A stretch of DNA of 64,000 nt from Mobula hypostoma (Eukaryota). Location of the stretch: positions 31,496,001-31,560,000 of the forward strand of contig NC_086097.1 of the NCBI RefSeq assembly GCF_963921235.1, written 5' to 3'. Positions 25,666-38,420 of the stretch are shown in pieces. Under the pieces are notes generated by a model. That model was given only the letters and a program-made list of their open reading frames with translations, was not told where the DNA came from and did not search any database. The first letter of the stretch is position 1. Every line of letters begins with the position of its first letter. Made by a program: the position numbers and the translations under genes.

Positions 25666-25890
25666 CATTTGTTTCTTTGTAACCTGAGACCTCATCTTTA
25701 ATAATGGACTCCATATCTTCCCAACCACTGAAGTCAGGCTACCTGGCCTATACTTCCCTGTCTTTTGCCTCCCTCCCTTCTTAAAGAGTGGAGTGAGAAT
25801 GAGTAATTCTTAAAAGATCATGACTGATGTCTCTTCAGCTACCTCTTTCAGAACTCTGGGGTGCAATCCATTTACCATTATTTTTTCATA

Positions 25891-26438
25891 CACACTCAGT
25901 GGCCACTTTATTAGGTACACCTGCTTGATAATGCAAATATCTAATCCGCCAATCATGTGGCAGCAACTCAATGCATAAAAGCGTTCTAAAAGCAGTTGTT
26001 GTTCAGACCAAACATCAGAACTAGGAATAAATGTGATCTAAGTGACTCTGACAGTGGAATGATTGTTGGTGCCAGACGGGGTGATTTGACTATCTCGGAA
26101 ACTGCTGATTTCCTGGGATTTTCAAACACAGTGTCTAGAGTTTACAGAGTGTGGTGCCAAAAACAAAACAAAAAAAATTCAGTGAGCAGCAGTTCAGTGG
26201 GTGAAAATATTAATGAGAGAGGAGAAGATTCAGAGCAGAATGGCCAGACTGGTTCAAGCTGACAGGAAGGTGTAGTAACTCAAATAACCACACTTACAAC
26301 AGCAGTGTCCAGAAGAGCATCTCTGAATGCATAACGTGTCGTACCTAAATATGGATGGACTATAGCAGCAGAAGACCAAAATGCATTCAGTGGCCACTTT
26401 ATTAGGTACCTCCTGTACCAATAAAATGGCCATTGAGT
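25891..26438 (+). mobile_element. Tc1-like non-autonomous element
   Basis: TIRs cactcagtggccactttattaggtac and gtaccaataaaatggccattgagt. HTH remnant DLSD..GMIVGARR..ISETADFLGFS. Confidence 0.85.
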
Positions 26439-26544
26439 ACATAATCTTACTGTTAGTAATTTTAATATATTGCACTGTACTGCTGCCAGTCAGATCCATC
26501 ACACACACAACCCTCCCTACAATTGATGACATCTTCAGGAGGCT

Positions 26545-27390
26545 GAAATGGGGGCTTCCCTTCCACAATTATTGATGCTGCTCTCACTTGCATCACCATT
26601 TCCCGAACATCTGCCCCTACCGCATTTCCACCCCTCAACATGACAGGGATAGGGTTCCCCCTTTCCTCACCTACCACCCCATACACCTCCACATCATTCT
26701 GTGCAATTTCCACCACTTCCAACAGAATCCTCCCACCAACCACATCTTTCCCTCACCTCCCCTCCCCCCCCACTTCTCTCCTTTCCCCAGGGATCGCTCA
26801 CTCTGCAATTTCCTTGTCCACCCCTCTCTCCCACTGATCTCCCTCCTGACACTTATTCTTGCAAGCGTGACAAAGTCTGCAGGAATAAGTACGTTTGTGT
26901 GCAAGTTTGAAATGTAGTTGCCCATACACCTCCACCCTTACCACTATATTGAGCCCCAAATGATTTTCCAGCTGAGGCAACACATCACCTGCAACTTTGT
27001 CTGAATCATATACAGTATCAATGTTCATGGTGTAGCCTCCTCTACATTGGTGAAACACAATGTGGATTGGGAAACTGCTTTGTCAAGCACCTTCATACTG
27101 TCCTCCAGAAAAGATAGGATCTCCCGGCGGCTATCCATTTCAATTTGACTTCTCTTTCCAACATGGCGGTCGATAGCCTCCTCTACTGCCATGATGAGAT
27201 TAATCTCAAGTTGTAGGATCAACATCTCATATTCTTTCTAGGTTACTTCCAACCTGAAGTTCAATTTCTCTACCCTCCAGTACCTACTCTCCTCTGCTCC
27301 TATTACCCCTTCTCTTCCCCTGCCTTCATAACCTACTCATCCCCTCCCTCTCGTTCCCCTCCTCCTTCCCTTTCTCCCATGGCTCCTTCT
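26545..27390 (+). mobile_element. Penelope-like retroelement remnant (GIY-YIG endonuclease region)
   Basis: DRVPPFLTYHP and, at ~27040, LLYIGETQCGLGNCFVKHL (YIG motif). The terminal part continues at ~28150-28390. Related pieces at ~32150-32730, 49880-50260 and 54310-54560. Confidence 0.7.
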
Positions 27391-29836
27391 GGTAAGATGA
27401 CTGTGCATTTGGATGCACTGGCCTCTCGGGGGCCAACCAAAGGTGTTTTTTTTTCTTGGTTTAAATGCTTTTTTTTAATGATTGCAAGACAATGCTGCTG
27501 GACTCCCAAGAGCTTTGGGCACTGCAGGTCTATGCCATCAGTGAGCTGCTCATTGGCAGAGGTGCTGGGTGCAGACCATGTTTCTACCTGTTGCAGGAGG
27601 GCATCGGAGTTGGTGCACAAAGGTGTTGTGCAGTGTAACCATGGGTGACTGTCTTGGATTGCAATATTGACAATGTAATATGCCACAGGCCTGTTTCTCT
27701 TGTATGGTGGTGTGACAGAGAGCGGGGGAGTTGCACTGCCTCAGTTGTAATGAGGATCAGGCCTCAAGCCGCAGGCTTGCCTACTGTTGCAGTCCAGGCA
27801 AGGAGACGCCAGAGACTGTGTACTATGGCTTCCGAGCTTGGATGGGGGCTGGCCTCTCCCATCAGTGCTGTCCTCCAGTGTTCGACTGGTGGAATGGCAG
27901 GCTAGACTGAGTGTTGTGCACCGGCGAGAAGTGCATCATCAAATTGCAGGACATGTCGCTCAGGGACTTGGGATAGATAGTGTGTGTATAAATGAGCATG
28001 ACTGTTTTTGTTTGGCTTGCTATTTTGAACGTGCTGTGTATGCTTTGCACCTTGGCCTTAGAAGAACACGGTTTCATTCAGCTATATTCCTGTCTGGTTG
28101 AATAATAATTAAACATATTTGATTTGATAGTCTTCTATTGACTGTCTTCTACTAGATTCCTCCTTCTTCAGCCCTTTACCTCTTTCACCTAACCCCTTCC
28201 CCACCCACCTTCCCCCTCCCCTGGTCTCACCTATCAGTTTGTATTCCTTCCCCTCCACCACCACCTCAATCTGACTTCTGCCACCTCCTTTCCCCGTACC
28301 GATGAAGGGCCTCGGCCCAAAACGTTAACTGCTTATTTCCCTCCATTAATGCTGCCTGGAGTTTTGCCAGCATTTTCTGTCTGTGTGTTGTTCAGGAGGC
28401 AGCATCCATCATTAAGGACCCTCACCATCCAGGACACACCTTTGTGGTACAACCATCAGGGAGGAGCTACAGGAGGCTAACAAACCACATTCAACAATAC
28501 TGGAGCAGCTTCTTCCCTTCCACCATCAGGTTTCTGATGTCAATGAACACTACCTCATTATTTCTTTTTTTTAAAAATGTTCATTAGAGATACTGGGTGG
28601 TGGGGTGGAGATACATCTCTACCAAAGGAGGTGCAAGGCGCTCGTTGCCTCTGTTAGCCTGCAGATCCCGCTTGAGCAAGCTGCAGTACCTGCTACATCT
28701 TCAGTGTCACATGAAACGATAGGAGCAAACGGTGGATGGTCGTATGAACAGCCGGTGCGCATCGCAAGTCCTGGGTATGTGACCACCGATGCCAGGCAGA
28801 CAATCTCTGAAGAGTATTGATATGCTCAATACATTCAAAAACTTCTATAGTTATACCGTGGAGAACATTATGACAGGCTGCATCACTGTCTGGTATGGAA
28901 GGGCTACTGCACAGGACCAAAAGCTGCAGAAGGTTGTAAATCTAGTCAGCTCCATCTTGGGCACTAGCCTACAAAGTACCCAGGACATCTTTAGGGAGCA
29001 GTGTCTCAGAAAGGCAGCATCCATTATTAAGGACCTCCAGCACCCAGGGCATGTCCTTTTCTCACTGTTACCATCAGGCAGGAGGTACAGAAGCCTTGAA
29101 GGCACACACTCAGCGATTCAGGAACAGCTTCTTTCCCTCTGCCAATCGTTTCCTAAATGGACATTGAATCTTTGGACACTACCTCACTTTTTAAAAAAAA
29201 TATACAGTATTTCTGTTTTTGCACTTTTTAAAAAATCTATTCAATACACTTAATTGATTTACTTGTTCATTTATTATTATTTTTCTCTCTGCTAGATTAT
29301 GTATTGCATTGAACTGCTGCTGCCAAGTTAACAAATTTCACCGTCACATGCTGGTGATAATAAACCTGATTCTGATTGTGGCTCGGATCACCTGTTTTAT
29401 AGAGACACTACTCAGAAGAACCACTTCTGCAGAAAAATTTGCCAGGAACGATTGCAGTCATAAAGACCAGAATCACTGGCGTCATTCAACGCAGCATGAA
29501 AACGGGCCCTTCCAACCCAACAAGCCCAATTACACCCACGTGACCAAACAACCTACTAACCCGAACGTCCTTGGTATATGGCAGAAAACCAGAGCACCCG
29601 GACAAAGACCACGCAGTCATGGGGAGAATGTACAAACTCCTGACAGACAACAGCAGAATTGAACCCAGTTTGCTGGCACTGTGAAGTGTCACTCTATGCT
29701 GACTTATTTTGCTCTATTTATTTTGTAATTTAGAACACAGAAAACCTACAGCACAATCCAGGCCCTTCGGCCCACAATGCTGTGCCAGACATGTACTTGC
29801 TTTAAAAATTACCTAGGGTTACCCATAGCCAGAAGG

Positions 29837-30258
29837 CAGGGGTGCAGTGCTAGCTGGAGTGCGTCGGGAACCTCTAAGAAAAAAGCCGAAATAAACAAGC
29901 TAATTAATTAGGTGCCGCCCAGGGTGATTTGAGCATCTCAGAAACTGCTGATCTCCTGGGATTTTTTACACACAACAGACTCTGGAATTTACAAAGAATG
30001 GTGCCAAAAACAAAAAAAATCCAGCGAGTGGCTGTTCTGTGAGCGAAAACATCTTGTTAAATCCACTCGCTGGATTTTTTTTGTTTTTGGCACCATTCTT
30101 TGTAAACTCCAGAGTCTGTTGTGCGTAAAAATCCCAGGAGATCAGCAGTTTCTGAGATACTCAAATCACCCTGGGCGACACCTAATTAATTAGCTTGTTT
30201 ATTTCGGCTTTTTTCTTAAAGAGGAGCTGGACGCGCTCCAGCTAGCACTGCACCCCTG
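29837..30258. mobile_element. Fold-back hAT-type MITE (422 bp, ~195-bp inverted arms)
   Basis: Termini CAGGGG..CCCCTG with a perfect 8-bp target-site duplication CCAGAAGG (29829-29836 and 30259-30266). Nearly fully palindromic. Confidence 0.92.
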
Positions 30259-31321
30259 CCAGAAGGACAGGAGCAACAGGGGCAAAGGAGCCTACCAAAT
30301 ATTGAAAGACCTAGTCAGAATGGATGAAGTGAATGTAGAGGGCTGTGGGAGAGTCTGGAGCCAGGGGGCACAGCTTTGGTATACAAGGACGTCCCTTGAC
30401 ACAGAAATGAGGAGGAATTTATTTAGCCAGAGGGTAGTGAATCTGTCGAATTCGCTACCATAGATGGTGGAGGAGGCCAACTCATTGGGTATATTTATAG
30501 CAGAAGATGATAGGTTTTTGATGAGTAAGAGCATTAAAGGTTACAGGGATAAGGCCGACTATATCTGATGGGCTGCATGGCTAATTCTACACCTATGTCT
30601 TATGGTCTAAAATGTAGCCTGTACATCTCTTTTAAAGTCTCCCCCCCCCAAACCTAAATGTATGGCTTCTGGTATTTCACATTTCCATGCTTCAGAAGAG
30701 ACTGTCTACCCTACCCAAGCCCCTCATGACCTTATTCGTCTCCACCCAGCCTCCGGTGCTCCAGAGAAATCCACACAAGTTTGTCCAATTTCACCTTACA
30801 GCTCATAAGTCACCATGCCAACTAAATTACTTACAACAGCTGGTCCCATTTGCCAGTATCCATCTAAACCTTTCCTACCTCGGCGGAGGTTGATGAAAGC
30901 AGATTCTCTGATTTTTTTTGGTCAAGGTAGAGGCAGCTCAATTCTTGATAAACAAAAGCTGGGTTGAAATATTTGAGGGCAGACAGCAACGAGGAGTGGG
31001 GATTACAGTCACAGTGAGCTCACTGGAGGGGCCGAGCGGCCTCTTCCTGTCTCTCACGCGGGGTGGGGGAGGGGGAAGGGTGTGGGGAGAGGTAATTGTG
31101 TTTCTGACCAGCTCCGGAGGCAGGAACCAAGTTTCAGCCCTCAAGCCTTTCAGCGCCTGGCACCTTTGGCTGCCGCGTTAGGAGAGCCTGATAAATGCAG
31201 GTAGAGGTGTCGATCTAACGACCTCGTCTCTTTCAGCCTAGCCCCAAACTACACCCGCCCCTCACTGCCTCCAGTTCCTGGGGACAGTACAATCACACCC
31301 AATCGGTGTGAAAAAACGCCT

Positions 31322-31357
31322 GTTCTGACGAAGAGGCTTGGCCCGAAACGTCGACTG
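31322..31357 (+). ncRNA. Minimal hammerhead ribozyme motif in a Penelope-like element end
   Basis: gtt CTGACGA a gaggcttggccc GAAA c GTC gac: core intact, stem II imperfect. Confidence 0.5.
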
Positions 31358-31430
31358 TTATTCCTTTCCATAGATGCTGTCTGACTTGCTGAGTTCCTCC
31401 TACATTTTTTGTGTTACTTCGTAGTATTTC

Positions 31431-31577
31431 TGTTCCCAGGGCCGAAGCAATACACCCGTCCCGTATGCATTAGTCCTGTTCCCGGGGCCGATGCAACACA
31501 CCCGTCCCGTATGCATTAGTCCTGTTCCCGGGGCCGATGCAATACATCCGTCCCGTTTGTACGAGTCCTGTTCCCGG
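31431..31577. repeat. 46-bp tandem repeat, ~3.2 copies
   Basis: Unit tgttcccggggccgatgcaatacacccgtcccgtatgcattagtcc starts at 31431, 31477, 31523 and 31569. Confidence 0.92.
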
Positions 31578-31599
31578 TTTGCTAAACTCCAGTTCCCGC

Positions 31600-32010
31600 G
31601 GGCAGCCGCAACATCCTCAGCCGGTAACACAGCCCCAGCCCCAGCTCACGTTGTCTCGGTACCGGGGGTAACCGTTTCCAGCTCGGCCTCGGTTCCCCGG
31701 GACCGACAGCGCCACCTCTCCCCGTTAGTCTGGCCCCGATTCCAGCTCACCAGCCGCGCCCACCCACCCCTTACCTGAGCACTGAAGTGCGGCCGACCTT
31801 GGTTCGGTGGCTGAGCTGCCGCCGAGCAAGGCACCTCTCCCGGGCCAGGAGCAACCTTCCCTCGGGCCAGGACTCGACTCAATACATCACAGGAAATGCG
31901 CTGCTGTCTCTCCTCCTTAAAGGGGAAATGTACCGCACGAACTCGCAGAGGTTGCACAGAGTGGCCACACTGTTGGCAGGCCCGGACGAGCCGAGTTATT
32001 ATCGTGCGCA
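31600..32010 (-). promoter_or_regulatory. CpG island with probable ZBTB1 promoter and non-coding first exon
   Basis: Non-repeat CpG-rich island upstream of ZBTB1. Minus-strand donor CAG|GTAAGG with the exon ending at 31775. Confidence 0.6.
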
Positions 32011-35000
32011 CACGTACGGTGAGCTACAGGTACAATGAACAACTTGCTCGCAGCAGCATCGGATGCACGTACGTTCAGAGCAACACGCGGGGCAACAATC
32101 ATACAGCATGCTGAAGTTTTATTTAAAAAAAAGACTGTAAAACAATGCACAAAATCTGCAGGGTCTCAGCAATCCAGGCAGCATCTATGGAAAGGAATGG
32201 ATAGACGCCGTTACCAGCCGAGACTCTCCTCAGGACGAGAAAGGAACGGGGTGGGTGGGGGACAAGAAGGCGGGGGAAGGGGAGGAGCGTGAACTGGCAG
32301 GTGATAGGTGGGGATGGTGTGAGAAGCTGGGAGATGTCTGTGCAGTTTCTCAGTCATCCAGGTCATTGTATATCAAACAATAGTACCAGGAGGTAATCGG
32401 TGAAAGAGGTAAAGGAGGTGATAGGAAGAACAGCTAAAGTTCTGTAGAAGAAGGAATCTGATCGGAGAGGACAGTGGACCATAGGAGAAAGGGAAGGAGG
32501 AGAGGAACCAGAGGGAGGGGAGCAGAATGGGGAATGGAAAAGGGGGGGGCGGGGGGATTTACTGGAAGTTAGAGAAATCAATGTTCATGCTCAGGCTGGG
32601 GTCCACCCAGAAAGAATATGAGATGTTGCTCTGAGTGTGGACTCATCATGATAGGAGAGGAGGCCGTGGACTGAAGTGTCAGAATGGGAATGGGAAGTAG
32701 AGTTGAAATGGCTGATTGAGATAGGTTGATAGTTTTGAAAGACTGAAGGTGGGAAAAGACTCATTTGGATCACAAAAGGTAGCGTGAAGTGATTGGGCTA
32801 CACATCCCACATAATCCCCGGTCTGCTTTTGCAGCAAGGTGCAGTTGTGCTTTAGTGCATCAGAGTGTTCTCTTTGACCTCCCTCGTGATGTTCCCGCTT
32901 CTCTGTTAGCACAGTACAGGCCCCTCAGCCCACTCTTAGATCAGTCTAACACTTTGCTCTAACATAGCCCTTTATTTTTCTGTCTTCCATGTAAGAGTCC
33001 CTTAAATGTCCTTAACGTATATGCCTTTACCACCAACTCCCGCGGCACGTTCCACACACCCATCACTCTGTGTAAAAAAAAACTTACCTTTGAATTCATC
33101 CCTTTATTTTCCTTCAATCACTTCAAAATTATGCCCTCTTGTATTAGCAATTGCTGCTCTGGGGTAAATGTCTCTGGCTGTCCATTCTATCAAAGCCTCT
33201 TATCTTATACACCTCTATCAAGCTCATCCTCCTTCACTCCAAGGAGAAAAGCCCGAGCTCACTCAACCTATCCTCATAAGACGCACTCTCTAATCCAGTT
33301 AGCATCCTGGTAAATCTCTGCAACCTCTCTAAAGCTTCCACATCTTTCCTATAATGAGGCAAACAGCACAGAACACAGTATTCCAAGTGTGGTCTAACCA
33401 GGATTTTATAGATCCTCAATATTACCTCACAGCTCTTAATCTCCTTATTAATGAAGAACAACATGCCGAACATCTTAGCAACCCAATCAACTTGTGCATA
33501 ACTTAAAAGGAATCAAAGACATGGACCCCAAGTATGGATACATTGTTTGATATTAGTTTCTTATTGTCACATGTACCAAGGTTCAATGAAAGTACTGTCT
33601 TACATACAGTGCACGGAGATAGAACAAGGTAAAGCCACAACAATTCAGCATAAAGTGTAACAGCTGCAGCGAAAATGCAGTACGGGTGAACGACAAAGTT
33701 CAAGTTCAAAACAGGGTAGATTGTGACACCAAGAGTCCATCTTATTGTCCAAGAGGACCTTTCAAGAGTTTGATAACAGCGGGATAGTAGCTGTCCTTAA
33801 GTCTTGTGGTACGTGCTTACAGGCTTTTGTATCTTTTACCAGATGGGAGAGGCAAGAAGAGAGAATGTTCAGGGTGGGTGGGGTCTTTGAATACACTGGT
33901 TACTGAGGCAGCAAGAAGTATAGACAGAGTCCACAGAGGGAGGCTGGTTTCTGTGATGTACTTAGCTCTGTCTACAACTCTGCAGTTCCTTGCAGACACG
34001 TGCAGAGAAGTTGTTATACCCAGATGTGCTGATTCCAGATAGGGAACGCTTTCTGTGGTGCATTGGCAAAAGTTGGTAGAGAGTTGACTGGGATAGGTTG
34101 AATTTCTTTAACTGAGGAAGCAGAGATGTTGGTGAGCTTTCTTGGTCATGAAATTCACATCGTTAGACCAGGACGGACTATTGGTGATGTTCATACCTAG
34201 TAGAAAGTTCTCAACCTTCTCAGACTGTTGATGTAAACACTAGTGTGTCTACCTGATTGTGAAAGGACTACTTTGAATTACAGCAACTTCAGGTTAAAAG
34301 CCTGCTAGGTTACTTTTTGTTCATATGCATAAATATTTATATACAAAACTCTTTGCTCCTCTACCATTCATAGTGGCTCCACAGGAGATAGCATAGAGAA
34401 ATCTAACATTCAGACATGGTTTACTCTGCTATAGTGATAGAGTCATAGTTATACCATCCAGGAACAGACCCTTCTGCCCAACTCATCCATGCTGACCAGG
34501 TTGTCTATCCAGGCTTGTCCCAGCAGCCAGCACTTGACCTACATCACTCTAAATCTTTCCTATCCTTGTACTTGTCCAAGTGTCTTTTAAATGTTGTAAC
34601 TGTGTCCATTTCTACCACTTCATCTGGCAACTCGTTCCATATACCCACCACACTCTGGCTGAAAAGATTGCCCCTCAGGTTCCTTTTAAATCTTTCCCCT
34701 CCGACCTTAAATCTATGCCCTCTACCCTTGGGAGTAAAGACTGCATATGCACCCTATCTAAGACCCACATAATTGTATAAAACTCTATAGGACCATGAGA
34801 GTATAAGACGTGGAGCAGAATAGGCTATTTGGCCCATTAAGTCTGCTCTGACAGTCGCCCATAGCTGATTTATTTTCCCTCTGAAACCTTTTCTCCTGCT
34901 TTCTCCCCATAATATTTGACACCCTTATTAATTCAGTAAATTAAATAAATATTTTTTTAAATTGTCTACACCTCTATTTCTTCTACAGAAATACATGACC

Positions 35001-37299
35001 GTACACTTCCCTACACTGTATTCTATCTGCCACTTCTTTGCCCTTTCTCATAATCTGTCCAAGTCCTTCTGCAGACAATCAAGTCCTCCTCAGATCCTCA
35101 CACTGTCCCATGTTGAACTCCCTTGGTCAAAGTTTCAACCTTACAGACAGATAGAAGTGAGGTAGGAGGCTCTGTCCTTTGACCTTGCTCTGCAGTTCAA
35201 AGTCAGGTTCAGATTTATTTATCACATGTACATCGAAACATACAGTGAAATGCATCATTTGCATTAGCAACCAGCACAACCTAAGGATGTGCTGGGGGCA
35301 GCCCGCAAGTGTTGCCACACATTTCTGGCCAATGTAGCATGCCCACCAAGTTCAGCAGAATGCAAACAACAAGTTCCAATTCAATTGTCATTCAACCATG
35401 CGCATGTACACAACTAAACAAAACATCGTTCCTCTGGGGGCCAAGATGCAAAACGCAGTTGATACAGTCACACACAGTACATACAGTCACTAAATAATAC
35501 TGGCACAAGTCCCTGAGTAACTCCACCATGGACAGCAGGAGGAAGGTTGGGCCATAAAAAACCCATAGCTACAGAAATGCCAACAGAAGCTCCGAAAACC
35601 TCATTCCTGGGAGAGGAATGATCTTCGAAGACAGCTCACACCTGGGGACAACTGGATGGGCTGAACCAGTGCACAGAGGGCTCTGGTGAGCGGCTGTCAC
35701 TTCCTGTGCCCCATGACGAGGGGGGATGGGTTTACACGCCCCGGAGCAGTGGGGCCTGAGCATTGACATAAAGAGTGAGGTGCATGTTTATGTGAGACAG
35801 TACAATGTTACTGGCACTGTTGTGGTAAAACAAGCAGTTGTACAAGTATGTGAAACAGCAGCAATAAAAGATGTAAAGTGACCAGCACAGGATGTGAGCT
35901 GGGGAGGGGGGTGGGCAGCAGGGTATTCAGATGGGGTGCACATGGGTGCTGGGTGGCAGCAGACTAATAGCCTGGGAGAAGAAGCTGTTACCCAGCCTGA
36001 CAGTTCTGGTTCTTATGCCGCGGTACCTTGTGCTTGATGGCAGGAGGTCCAAGAGATTGTGGAGAGGGTGAGACAGACAGGGAGGGGTCTTTGACAATGC
36101 TGGAGGTATTGCATATGTAGCACTTCTGACACATGTCCTGAATGGGGGGGGCGGGGAGAAGGGGACGGTGATATTTCCAGCAGTCCTCATGATCCATTGC
36201 AGGGTCTTGCAACCTGATACTTGGCATTCCCACAGCACAGGGTGACGCAGCTGGTCAGGGCACTCTCATTGATGCGCCAGTAGGTTTAGAGATACAATGT
36301 GGAACAGACCCTTCCAGACCAGTGAGCCGCACTGCCCAGCAACACACCTGTTTAAGCCTCGCCTAACCACAGGAGAATGTACAGTGACCAATTAACCTAC
36401 TAACGGGTACGTCTTTGGAATGTGGGAGGAAACCAGAGCACCTGGAGAAAACCCACGCATTCACGGGGAGGGTGTACCAACTCCTTTCAGCCAGTGTTGG
36501 AGCTGAACTCTGAACTCCGACGCCCCCAAGGTATAACGGTGCCGCGCTAACTGCCAAGCATGAGAATGGACGGGAGGTGGGGAGCCTCGTTTGCCTCAGC
36601 AACAACACGACAGCAGCAACAAAGCAAGCCCCTTTTCCAGCCTCCAGAAGACTCGCAGACATCGGGCCACGCACTGCCCCAGTGGACTCTGAGGCTCGCA
36701 TATCCAGGGCTTTTACCACAGGGCCTTGACTCCCAATTCACTGACCAATAGAATCAAAGCTTCAGCCAAATTCAGTACAATCAATGCCGATCGTTTGTCT
36801 CAATATCATATTCAAACCAAATTTGTGAAGCAGGACCTCCTCCCCACAAAAATAACTATCCTACCAACCTCAAGCCTTCCCAAATGAGAGTAGATCCTGT
36901 CCCAAAAAATCCTTCTCCAATGAATTCCCTACCAGAGATTCCTAAAATTTCTGCAGGTGTGTGGTGGAGAGCATTCCGGTTAGAGGCGTCACTATCTGGG
37001 GTGGAAGCTCCAATGCGTAAATTCACAAGAGGCTGCAGAAGGTTGTAGACTCAACCAGCTCCATTACAGGCACAACCCTCCTCACCATCGAGGACAACCT
37101 CAAGGGGCGGTGCCTCAAGAATTTGGCATCCGTCACTAAGGACGCTTACCAACCAGGGCATGCCCTCTTCTCATTACTACCATCAGGGAGGAGGTACAGG
37201 AGCCTGAAGACACGCTCTCAACATGATAGAAACAACTTATTTAAAGTTCAAAGTAAAATGTATTATCAGAGTGCATACATGTCACTACATATAAACAAA

Positions 37300-38420
37300 A
37301 GACCACAAAACATAGGAGCAGCATTAGGCCATTCAGCCCATCGAGTCTGCTCTGCCATTCCATCATGGCTGATCCCAGATCCCTCTCAACCCCATGCACC
37401 TGTCTTCTTCCTGTATCCTTTAATGCCCTGACCAATCAGGAAACTATCAAATTCTGCCTTAAATATACCCACGGACTTGGCCTCCACTGCAGACTGCGAC
37501 AGAGAATTCCACAGAATTACTACTCTCTGGCTAAAAAAAATCCTCCTCACCTCTGTTCTTAAAGGTTGCCCCTCAATTTTGAGGCTGTGCCCTCTAGTTC
37601 CGGACACCCCCACCATAGGAAACATCATCACCATATCCACCTTATGTAGTCCTTTCAACATTCAGTAGGTTTCAATGAGATTCCGCCCCCCCACCTCCGC
37701 ATTCTTCTAAATTCCATTGAGTACAGGCCCAAAGCTGCCAAATTCTCCTCATATGTTAAACCTTCATTCTCGTGAATCTCCTCTGGACTCTCTCCAATGA
37801 GATATGAGGCCCAAAACTGTTGACAATGCTCCAAGTGCGGCCTGACTAGAATCTCATAAAGGCTCAGCATTATCTCCTTGCTTTTATATTCTACTCTCCT
37901 TGAAATAAATGCCAACATTGCATTTGCCTTCTTTACCACAGACTCAACCTGTAAATTAACCTTCTGGGAGACTTGCACAAGGATTCCTAAGTCTTTCTGT
38001 ACTTCTAATGTTTGAACTTTCTCCCCATTTAGATAATAGTCTGCACTATTGTTCTTTTTATCAAAATACAATATTGTATGTTTCCCAACACTGTACACCA
38101 TCTGCCACTTTTTTGTCCTTTATTCTAATTTGTCTAAGTCCTGCTGCAATCACATTGCTTCCTCAGCACTACCTACCCCTCCACCTTCTTAGTATCTTCG
38201 GCAAACTTTGCCACAAAGGCATCAATTCCATTATCTAAATCATCGATGAACAGTATGAAAAATAGCGGTCTCAATACTGACCTGAGGAACACCACTAGTC
38301 ACTGGCAGCCAACCAGAAAAGGCCCCCTTTATTCCCACTTGCTGCCTCCTGCCTGTCAGCCATTCCTCTGTCCATGCCAGTATATTTCCTGTAGCACCTT
38401 TGGAGTTTATCTTGTTAAGC
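37300..38420 (-). mobile_element. CR1-like LINE 3' fragment
   Basis: ORFs 37655..38101 (KKANAMLAFISR..LVRPHLEHC) and 37386..37661 (FFSQRVVILWNSL). Confidence 0.88.
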
